The notes below the pieces were generated by a model, which made no database searches, was not told the origin of the DNA, and was given only the letters and a program-made list of their open reading frames with translations. Made by a program: the position numbers and the translations under genes. From positions 1 through 23,668 of the forward strand of contig CAZECW010000149.1 of NCBI GenBank assembly GCA_964510585.1: a stretch of DNA of 23,668 nt, written 5' to 3'. Every line of letters begins with the position of its first letter. The first letter of the stretch is position 1. Of the stretch, positions 16,471 through 23,668 are shown piece by piece. This DNA comes from an uncultured archaeon. Lineage in GTDB: Archaea > Asgardarchaeota > Jordiarchaeia > Jordiarchaeales > Jordiarchaeaceae.

Positions 16471-16562
16471 TTAGCGAAAAATTTAATTAGAGTAAATACT
16501 CATTTTTCTAAAGAAAATCATCTAAAAAGTTAAAGCAATACTTATTATTGGAGGTAGCATAA

Positions 16563-16766
16563 TTGTCAGAATCCGAAAGCAAACAGGGCGGGGGACTCAT
16601 AAAAATAATTTCCAATCACCGCCAGACAGTTGCGGAACTCCTCCAAGAAATGGGGCTAGAACAGGAATTCTTCGCCGTCCTCATAGATGGGAAAAGAGCA
16701 AACCTAAACGAGGAAGTCGAAAAAGGCACAAAAATAATAGTGTTACCCAAAATCAAGGGAGGATAA
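16563..16766 (+). CDS. Ubiquitin-like sulfur carrier/modifier (SAMP/ThiS/MoaD family)
   Basis: TVAELLQEMGL...FAVLIDGK...IIVLPKIKGG with C-terminal diglycine. GGAGGT RBS before TTG. Confidence 0.9.
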   Translation: MSESESKQGGGLIKIISNHRQTVAELLQEMGLEQEFFAVLIDGKRANLNEEVEKGTKIIVLPKIKGG

Positions 16767-16885
16767 TCCAAAACCCACCAAAAACATAATTCAGCTAACA
16801 AATACAATCTTACAATAGTGTCGCGAACAAAAATAGGGGTAAAGAAACCCCAAAAGTAAGTAAATATTATTGAACTATGTTTTTA

Positions 16886-18424
16886 TTAGCCTTCAACCAC
16901 TTGTTCCACAGCAACTTCTTTTATGCCCTTTTGTTTACGCCACTCCTCGATGGGAATGCTGAACTGTTTTTCGACTCGTTCCCTGTGAATACTGTTGTAG
17001 GTGCAGAAGGGAATTATCCGTCCATCAGGAGTGCCATAATGAATTACACACCTGTTAACTCTCTCAAGATCAAAGTTGTACGGATCCTGGAAGTGCATCA
17101 TACCCACCAGAATAATTGACCTCATAAAGTCGCCCAGAGCATGGTACTCTCCTGAACTCATAACCCTACGCATCAAGTTAAATAGTGTTCCCTTCTTCTT
17201 AAAGAAACGCAAAGCACTAGTCACAGCCCTCACTCTGCCTTTCGCTCTAGCGAGGCTACCGCCCTCAAAGTCCTTTGCCACCTTCTCCAAGGACCCAAAA
17301 AACCTCTCCACATCCACATAGTGAGTAATTGGATAATACTCTCCGTCTTCTTCGACTCGGATAATTGTGGCCATGCCGCAATGGACATTGTTTCCGAATT
17401 CTACTATACTCCTTCCTGTGTAGGCGCCTAGGGCTCGGGATAGTGGGGCGGGTGTGCTGCAGGGGTAGAAGTCTTGGTATTTTATTTTTCCTTCGGTTTG
17501 TTCTTCGCATTTTTTCATAACGTCAGGAATTGTTATTCTCATGTCCATTCTTTTGGATTCGTCGATTCTTCCAGTTATGCTTACTGGTTGGAATATTATT
17601 CCTCGAATTACGTCGACGTTTTTTACTGCAAAATTTATGATGTCTCCTATTTGGTTATCGTTAACTCCTCGAACCACTGTGGGTACGAGAACAATTGAGG
17701 TTAGACCTGCCTTGCGGCAGTTTTCTATGGCTTTCATCTTTTTGGGGAGGAGGTTTACTCCTCGTGCAACCTTATAGGGTTCAGGTGTTAAACCATCAAA
17801 TTGCATGTAGGGAGTGCTTAATCCTGCGTCTTTAAGTTCTTGGCAGTAATCTACGCTTTCAGATAGCCTTATGGCGTTGGTGGCTATTTCTACGTGTTGG
17901 AAGCCTACCTCTTTTGCGATGCGGATAATTTCAGGTAGATCTTCTCTTACGGTGGGTTCTCCACCTGCGAACTGTACTGCGGGGGCGGGTATTGGTTGGT
18001 TGCTTCTGAAATTTTCCAGCATAAAGCGTATCTGTTCTAGGGAGGGTTCGTACACGTAGCCGGTTACTGCAGCGTTTGCAAAACATATTGGGCATCGTAG
18101 GTTGCACCTGTTGGTGACGTCTATGAGGGCTAGGGCGGTGTGCGAGCGGTGTTTGTTGCATATGCCACAGTCAAAGGGGCAACCGAGTTTTTCTCTTGTC
18201 CTAGGATTTTCTAGAGGTATGGAGTCCAGCCACCATCTCTCCACTTTCTGGAAGAGTTCTGCGTCGCCCCAGTATATGTCGGTTATTTTGCCGTGTTCGG
18301 GACATGTTTTTTCCATTAGCACTTTTCCCTGTTCTTCATATAGTGTGGCATCTATGACTTTTTGGCATTCGGGGCAAATGCTTTTAGTTTTTATTGGAAA
18401 GGTTCTTGTTTCATGTTCGAACAA
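16886..18424 (-). CDS. tes: Tetraether lipid synthase Tes (GDGT-MAS, MJ0619 family radical SAM enzyme)
   Basis: N-terminal CPEC...CPEH metal site, CPFDCGIC auxiliary cluster, radical SAM CNLRCPIC, QFAGGEPT, and C-terminal MHFQDPYNFDLERVNRCVIHY...IIPFCTYN signature. Confidence 0.9.
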   Translation of the reverse strand: MFEHETRTFPIKTKSICPECQKVIDATLYEEQGKVLMEKTCPEHGKITDIYWGDAELFQKVERWWLDSIPLENPRTREKLGCPFDCGICNKHRSHTALALIDVTNRCNLRCPICFANAAVTGYVYEPSLEQIRFMLENFRSNQPIPAPAVQFAGGEPTVREDLPEIIRIAKEVGFQHVEIATNAIRLSESVDYCQELKDAGLSTPYMQFDGLTPEPYKVARGVNLLPKKMKAIENCRKAGLTSIVLVPTVVRGVNDNQIGDIINFAVKNVDVIRGIIFQPVSITGRIDESKRMDMRITIPDVMKKCEEQTEGKIKYQDFYPCSTPAPLSRALGAYTGRSIVEFGNNVHCGMATIIRVEEDGEYYPITHYVDVERFFGSLEKVAKDFEGGSLARAKGRVRAVTSALRFFKKKGTLFNLMRRVMSSGEYHALGDFMRSIILVGMMHFQDPYNFDLERVNRCVIHYGTPDGRIIPFCTYNSIHRERVEKQFSIPIEEWRKQKGIKEVAVEQVVEG

Positions 18425-18492
18425 GATAAATCACCTGTAAAGTCCAGTTAATTCAAATTGCAACATAACGGATATTTAATGGTTTTGCGAAT

Positions 18493-18507
18493 TTTCCGAA
18501 TCGGAAA
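18493..18507. promoter_or_regulatory. 15-bp palindrome (candidate operator) upstream of tes
   Basis: TTTCCGA-A-TCGGAAA: perfect 7-bp arms, just upstream of a TTAAATA TATA-like box (18473-18479, minus strand) in the divergent tes/RHH intergenic region. Confidence 0.45.
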
Positions 18508-18636
18508 CATAAAATTTTTTCTGGACACAGTTTTTTGAAAATTATAATAAAATGTTTCAAAAATTTTCTTCTAAAAAAATTTTTAACGTCCCTTAACCAT
18601 TAGAATAAGTTAACTCTCACTATGGAGAACTAGACC

Positions 18637-18819
18637 ATGAAGAAACCGTCTATGAAGTTGATTAGCATAAAGTTGCCGAACGCTTACATAGAGGGCCTAA
18701 CGGACTTGGTAGAATTAGGCATCTATCCCAGTAGAAGCGAAGCCATTAGGGTTGCTATTAGAGACATGCTCAAGAAGGAACTTTGGAGTAGACAAGAGGG
18801 GACCAAAAAGAAACTATAA
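18637..18819 (+). CDS. Ribbon-helix-helix transcription regulator (CdrS/aCcr1-like, CopG/Arc/MetJ class)
   Basis: MKLISIKLP-x-YIEGLTDLVELGIYPSRSEAIRVAIRDML matches the conserved archaeal RHH pattern (YP-x-RSEAIR). GGAGA RBS. Confidence 0.88.
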   Translation: MKKPSMKLISIKLPNAYIEGLTDLVELGIYPSRSEAIRVAIRDMLKKELWSRQEGTKKKL

Positions 18820-19167
18820 GAGAGGGTGTCATCTTATCTAAATCATTTTTATTTACATTACAAAGTATCGTCAGCCAGAAGCATCCAAAACAATTTCTAA
18901 AAATTAAACTTCCCTCCTGTCAAACACAGATAAGCAGTGCCTCCCTAGGGTGATGTAGTTTCGTTCGATTTCACCTCTGGAAGGAGTTTTTATATGGCTT
19001 CTTTTCCGATTTAAAACCTCAAAATTAGGGTTAGAATCGGACGAATCTATATCACCCCTCCCTAGACAGGTTAAGTATTTATGGTAAATTAAAAAAAAGG
19101 AGTATTGTTGAGTTTCTCTTGTAATCGTCATTCATTTCCAAAATAGAGAGAGGGGCAACAAGCTTGT

Positions 19168-19365
19168 TTATTGTGAGGCTCCCTTACTTGCCTTTTCTGC
19201 AATGTGAGATTCGAGTTTAGATGCTGCCTCTTTCATTGCGGCTTCTCTGCCAGCTTTTCCCTCTGCCAAGGATTTCTGTAGTTCTTTTTTCTTCTCGGCC
19301 TGAAGTTTCTCCATAAGTTCCTTATCTTTTTTAACCTGCTCAGGGGATGGAGGTTCCTCGCTCAT
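19168..19365 (-). CDS. Small hydrophilic helical hypothetical protein (65 aa)
   Basis: GGAGG RBS 7 nt before ATG; K/E/A-rich with no aromatic residues or Cys. Confidence 0.65.
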   Translation of the reverse strand: MSEEPPSPEQVKKDKELMEKLQAEKKKELQKSLAEGKAGREAAMKEAASKLESHIAEKASKGASQ

Positions 19366-19543
19366 TGGCTTTCCTCCACATCGTCATTAGTATAATATCC
19401 GAATTTAGAGTTTAATAATATTATCATTTTCATAACTCTTTAATCAAAAAAATAAAGGCAACGTAAAAATATTAAAAGTTGTGGGCTTAAATTAAACGCC
19501 TCATGTACAATAAGTGGAAAAGAAACAGAAAATTTTGAATTTT

Positions 19544-20623
19544 TCACCTTTCTCTTTTCCCTTGAATGAACTCCTCAACCCACTGCCTTGCCGTAGTATC
19601 TGGAACCTGCGTGGGGGGATGTTTAAACGCGTAAGATGAGATACTTATAAGAGGCCCAGAAATTTTTCTGTCGAGAGCCAATTTAACCGCTCTAATAACA
19701 TCAATAACCATACCCGCACTATTAGGTGAATCCTCAACAGATAGTTTAACATCAAGGCTCACTGGCATATCACCAAACTTTTTACCCCGAATCCTAATGT
19801 AACATATTTTCTGGTCACCCAAGAACGGTACATAGTCTGAGGGCCCTATTCTCACCGGAATACTGTAGGGAGTAAGGCTTGTAACCGCTTCCGTCTTGCT
19901 TATCCTCTTGCTTTTTAACCTCTCCTCCACAGTCATATTCTCAAAGTCGGTGTTTCCACCAATGTTTAATTGGTAGGTTTCGTCTATTTTGACCCCCCTG
20001 TCCAGCAAAAGTTTAACCAGTGTTCTGTGAAGGATGGTGGCTCCAATCTGGCTCTTAATGTCGTCGCCAGCCACAGGTAACCCTGCTTCCTCAAACTTAC
20101 TAGCCCACACTGGATCTGAAGCAATAAACTCAGGGATACAGTTGGCGAAAGCACACCCCGCATCCAGGCATGCTTGAGCATAGTATCTGGAGGCCTCGTA
20201 GCTTCCCACAGGCAAGAAATTTATGAGAATGTCTGCTTTGGCCTCTCGGAGAACGGCGGCCACATCCACGGGTTTCATCTCTTTAGGGTCATAACAGAAA
20301 AACGATTTTACCATGTGTGGCGCTACCCCGTCCATTATTGGTCCCGGAAGAACTTTAACACCCAGTTCGGGTACTTCAGCATATTTTCTAACACAATTGG
20401 GTTTTGCAAAAATAGCTTCACTTATGTCTTTCCCAATTTTCAGCTTATTCACCTCAAATGCTGCGACGAATTCGATGTCTCTAGGGTAGTATCCTCCAAA
20501 ATTCACATGCATTAAGCCAGGAACAGTTTCCTCCTTCGTAGCGTTGTAGTAGTAATAGACACCTTGAATTATTGAACTGGCACAGTTACCGAGCCCCGCA
20601 ATGGCCACTCTAATTTTACCCAC
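19544..20623 (-). CDS. ino1: myo-Inositol-1-phosphate synthase
   Basis: IAGLGNCASSIIQG Rossmann motif, GDDIKSQIGAT, QLNIGGNTDF, SKRISKT, EDSPNSAG and FKHPP. GTG start with AAGGAGGT RBS. Confidence 0.96.
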   Translation of the reverse strand: MGKIRVAIAGLGNCASSIIQGVYYYYNATKEETVPGLMHVNFGGYYPRDIEFVAAFEVNKLKIGKDISEAIFAKPNCVRKYAEVPELGVKVLPGPIMDGVAPHMVKSFFCYDPKEMKPVDVAAVLREAKADILINFLPVGSYEASRYYAQACLDAGCAFANCIPEFIASDPVWASKFEEAGLPVAGDDIKSQIGATILHRTLVKLLLDRGVKIDETYQLNIGGNTDFENMTVEERLKSKRISKTEAVTSLTPYSIPVRIGPSDYVPFLGDQKICYIRIRGKKFGDMPVSLDVKLSVEDSPNSAGMVIDVIRAVKLALDRKISGPLISISSYAFKHPPTQVPDTTARQWVEEFIQGKRER

Positions 20624-21012
20624 TTCTTTGACCTCCTTAAGTCACAAGATACGATAATAATTTATCACAATCACTCAGCAATTGCTAGTTTTTAGATATA
20701 ATACTCAAAACATCATTTAACCCTTATAAATTTGCTCCAACTGACAGTTAAACCTCAAAAAAATTTCCGCACCATCATCGAATTAAAAGAATGGTGAGCT
20801 GAAGCTTTTTAGACAAAATGCCAAAAATTGTCTTAACGGCACACCTATATGGGCTTTGCTTCTTAAGAGTGTGAAAATATTTTTGTAGCGAATAAAGGTA
20901 TACAACCCTAAAAAATTCGTACTCGATTTCGAATGCACATATAAACCATTAAAAAGAAAAAGAAGAATGTTTTATCCTCAAACGAGTGCCTGTGGGAGAT
21001 GATTAGTGGTAC

Positions 21013-22995
21013 TTAAATCTTGCGAGCTATTTCCGCTGCCTCGTGAACCGCTTCAAACGCTTTTCGGGGCTGTACACAGTCACCAATAGCATACACCTCG
21101 GGGGCTAAGCCCTCCAACTGATCTATGAGTTCGCTATTAGGAACCGTGCCAACTGCTAAAACCACGGTATCCGCTTCAAGAACATCTCCATTCTCTAGAA
21201 TAACTCCTCTATCATCAATTTTAGCTACCTTAGAGTTTGTCAACATTTTCACACCGCGCATCGATAGGGTTTTCAGAATCGTCCAGCGGCATGTTCTACC
21301 AATATCCGCACCCATCTTGTCCATCATTTCCACAATAGTGACATCACGGGTTTTCCTCACCATATCGTAAGCGGTCTGCAGATCCAAAACACCAAAATTA
21401 ACCAAGAAAATCATCTGCTCAGGAGTAATGGAGCCACGATCAGTTAGGTAAAGCGCAGTCTCACAGCCCACACCGCCGCCACCCACCACTACCGCTTTCT
21501 TGCCCACAGCCACCTTACCCGCGAGCACATCCCAAGACTTAACAACATTTGGGCCGTCAACACCAGGAATATTGGGAATCAGCGGGCGTCCACCGGTGGC
21601 GACGATAATCACGTCAGGCTTCAGTTTCTTTACCACTTCTGGGGTGACCTCTTTACCCAGAACCACGTTAATACCGAGTAGGCTCATTTGGTAGGACAGG
21701 TAGTCTACAAGATTCTTGAATTCCCGCCTGTCTTGGGGCGCCGCTGCCAGGTTTAATTGGCCGCCCAGTGAATTGGTCTTTTCATATAGTGTTACTTCGT
21801 GTCCTCTAAGCTTTGCCACTCTAGCAGCCTCCATACCTGCAGGTCCGCCGCCAATAATGAGAACCTTTTTGCGTTTGGCGGCTGGCTTGATCTGGTATTC
21901 TGCTTCGCGGCTTGCTGCAGCGTTGGCCAGGCACTCCACAGGTTTTAACAAGAACACGTGGTCAAAGCAGCCTTGGTTGCAGCCTAAGCACTGGCGAATC
22001 TCTTTGAAACGTCCTTCCTTAGCTTTTCTGGCCCACTCTGGGTCGCAGATTAAAGCTCGACCGATACCCACTAAGTCTGCCTTGTTGTCGAGGAGAATCT
22101 GCTCAGCCAGCAGGGGATCTGTGATCCGATTGCACGCCATAACTGGAACATCAACAACTTCTTTTACGTTCTCAGCAAGCCAAACGTAGGTACCGCGGGG
22201 AACATTCATAGTAATCTGTGGGACTGTGGACTCGTGCCATCCTCCTGTAACATTGAACATGTCAACTCCCGCTTCTGCAAATATTGGAGCATATACCCTT
22301 ACTTCTTTGTAGGTGTTTCCACCGGGCATCATGTCATCTCCTGAAATTCTCATAATTAGGGGGTAATCGTCGCCGACTCTGTCTTTTATAGCTTGTATAC
22401 ACTCCACGCCGAACCTCGTCCTAGCTTTTAGGTCTCCACCATACTCATCGTCCCGTTTATTGGTGAGTGGTGAGAGGAACTGCGGAATTAGGTAACCTGC
22501 TGAGGCTATTAGCTCCACAGCGTCGAAACCCGCTTTCTTGGCTCTCAGCGCAGCTTCTCCATAATTCTTCTCTGTCTGAATTATTTCCTCCTTTGTCATT
22601 GCTCTTGGAGTTTCACCCGTAAACTTGGATTGAACCGCTGAGGCGCTCACTGGCGTCTGTCCAATAATCATTGAGAAGGCGTATCTACCTGAATGGTAAA
22701 GCTGGGCGCCGCATTTGGCACCGCCCTCATGTATGGCTTTAGCCAATTTTGAGAGTCCCGGAATTGCTTCATCGCTGTCTATTCTGAGCATAGTATCCAT
22801 TCCTTTGCCCAACAATTCGGTCCAGCATCCGCCTACCAAAATGAGTCCAACTTCATTTTTGGCTCGTTCAGCATAAAAGTCGATTATTCGCTGGGTCACA
22901 TAACCCTGATCCGCGTATCCAAGATGCATTGCCGGCATAACTATGCGGTTTTTGAGTTCCATACTGCCTATTTGGATTGGTTCAAAAAGTTTCAT
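21013..22995 (-). CDS. NADH:flavin oxidoreductase, 2,4-dienoyl-CoA reductase (FadH)-like
   Basis: OYE TIM barrel (LKNRIVMPAMH, QLYHSGR, AGYLIPQFLSP, RDDEYGG, WHESTVPQI), [4Fe-4S] motif CLGCNQGC...C, FAD site IIGGGPAG, and second nucleotide site VVGGGGVGCE. Confidence 0.9.
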   Translation of the reverse strand: MKLFEPIQIGSMELKNRIVMPAMHLGYADQGYVTQRIIDFYAERAKNEVGLILVGGCWTELLGKGMDTMLRIDSDEAIPGLSKLAKAIHEGGAKCGAQLYHSGRYAFSMIIGQTPVSASAVQSKFTGETPRAMTKEEIIQTEKNYGEAALRAKKAGFDAVELIASAGYLIPQFLSPLTNKRDDEYGGDLKARTRFGVECIQAIKDRVGDDYPLIMRISGDDMMPGGNTYKEVRVYAPIFAEAGVDMFNVTGGWHESTVPQITMNVPRGTYVWLAENVKEVVDVPVMACNRITDPLLAEQILLDNKADLVGIGRALICDPEWARKAKEGRFKEIRQCLGCNQGCFDHVFLLKPVECLANAAASREAEYQIKPAAKRKKVLIIGGGPAGMEAARVAKLRGHEVTLYEKTNSLGGQLNLAAAPQDRREFKNLVDYLSYQMSLLGINVVLGKEVTPEVVKKLKPDVIIVATGGRPLIPNIPGVDGPNVVKSWDVLAGKVAVGKKAVVVGGGGVGCETALYLTDRGSITPEQMIFLVNFGVLDLQTAYDMVRKTRDVTIVEMMDKMGADIGRTCRWTILKTLSMRGVKMLTNSKVAKIDDRGVILENGDVLEADTVVLAVGTVPNSELIDQLEGLAPEVYAIGDCVQPRKAFEAVHEAAEIARKI

Positions 22996-23516
22996 TTCTA
23001 TTCACCTTTCTTGTGGGGGGAGAGGAGAATAATTTTGTGTTTGGAGACTTTATTTTCATTTATTTATTTTTCTTTCCCTCTTTTTATAAGTGGTTTCTAG
23101 TCCTTGGAGGGTGCGGGTAAGAATCTGAGGCCACATGTCTAATGGTTTTCGGCGATGTTTTCAATGAGTTTTAGTGTATTTGGTTGGAATCCGATTCAGG
23201 ATAGATACCATTTTTATCATTTTGATTGGTTTGAGATTCGTTGGTGAGGAGGAGGCTATTTTGGGGGAGAGGAGGAGTTGGCGCTTAAATGTGAAATCCA
23301 AAAAGTTGAAATAGATAAAGTTGAGAATTATGTTAAAAATTATAAAAGATTATGTATTATGTAATAAAAAAGACGGGCGTAAAAAGTCTTTGGTGCACAA
23401 TGATGTTAGGGGGGGCTCTTCCAACCCTAACGGAGCATTATCCGAAACTATTGCAACACGCTTCCCAGATCTCACCGCATTCCCCTAACCTTCCCAGTAA
23501 CACCAAGTGTTTCTAA

Positions 23517-23668
23517 GGGGACTGTCGAGGCGCGGTTTCTCCTCTGCTTTCAACTCCCGTTTTTTAGGGTGTTACAATCACCTCCTTGACTGCTTGCAGG
23601 GTGCTGGTCTCAGGGGGCGGTTTCCGGTACGCTCGCACGAGGCGCTGGTAGACTGTTTTCCAAGAGCC
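23517..23668 (-). mobile_element. Possible terminus of an insertion sequence (IS5/IS1182-like) truncated by the window edge
   Basis: GC rises relative to the preceding AT-rich spacer. GGGGACTGTCGA begins right after CTAA (23513-23516, a YTAR-type target). An open frame enters from the edge and stops 47 nt before this point. Confidence 0.35.
23564..23668 (-). CDS. C-terminal fragment of a gene running off the window (possibly a transposase)
   Basis: Open frame from the edge: GSWKTVYQRLVRAYRKPPPETSTLQAVKEVIVTP, TAA at 23564-23566. Too short to assign. Confidence 0.4.
   Translation of the reverse strand, partial: GSWKTVYQRLVRAYRKPPPETSTLQAVKEVIVTP

Noticed and set aside
18904-19131. 75-aa minus-strand ORF with an internal GGAGGGGTGA RBS-like sequence
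   Set aside because: No usable start codon at proper spacing after the RBS-like motif and no family resemblance.
23581-23668. Group II intron domain V/VI, or a structured RNA at the right edge
   Set aside because: No match to the domain V consensus on either strand; an open reading frame explains the GC content better.

Overview
This is an archaeal chromosomal window with AT-rich intergenic regions, GGAGG/GGTGA ribosome-binding sites and many TTG starts. The gene content suggests Asgard archaea or a close relative (inference from a roadblock protein, an RPB5 with a eukaryote-type N-terminal domain, a GIFT-like domain fused to a zinc ribbon, and a Pro-rich coiled-coil protein). The left edge (1-140) is the right end of an IS200/IS605 element with a multi-hairpin TnpB omega-RNA-like scaffold. 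Its terminal TCAA supplies the stop codon of an unannotated 41-aa four-Cys protein on the minus strand. The right edge may be the end of a second insertion sequence. Between them lie about 22 genes: a peptide-deformylase-fold metalloprotein, an Lrp-type HTH fused to a KaiC-like domain with degenerate catalytic residues, a roadblock/LC7 protein, a two-domain Rpo5/RPB5, an MBL hydrolase, an archaeal SF2 helicase, a SAM methyltransferase, a GIFT-like/zinc-ribbon protein, an ADP-ribosylglycohydrolase, a ThiF/E1-like enzyme, a SAMP/ThiS-like modifier, an FrhB-family protein, a wHTH/DUF4443-like protein, tetraether synthase (Tes), a CdrS/aCcr1-like RHH regulator, inositol-1-phosphate synthase, a FadH-like oxidoreductase and several hypotheticals. 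I found no tRNA, rRNA or CRISPR array. The strongest leads are the stand-alone eukaryote-like RPB5, the HTH-KaiC pseudo-ATPase, the IS end/small gene overlap, the archaeal deformylase-fold protein, and the Pro-rich protein with a WH2-like segment. All calls are from motif reading by eye; no searches were run.
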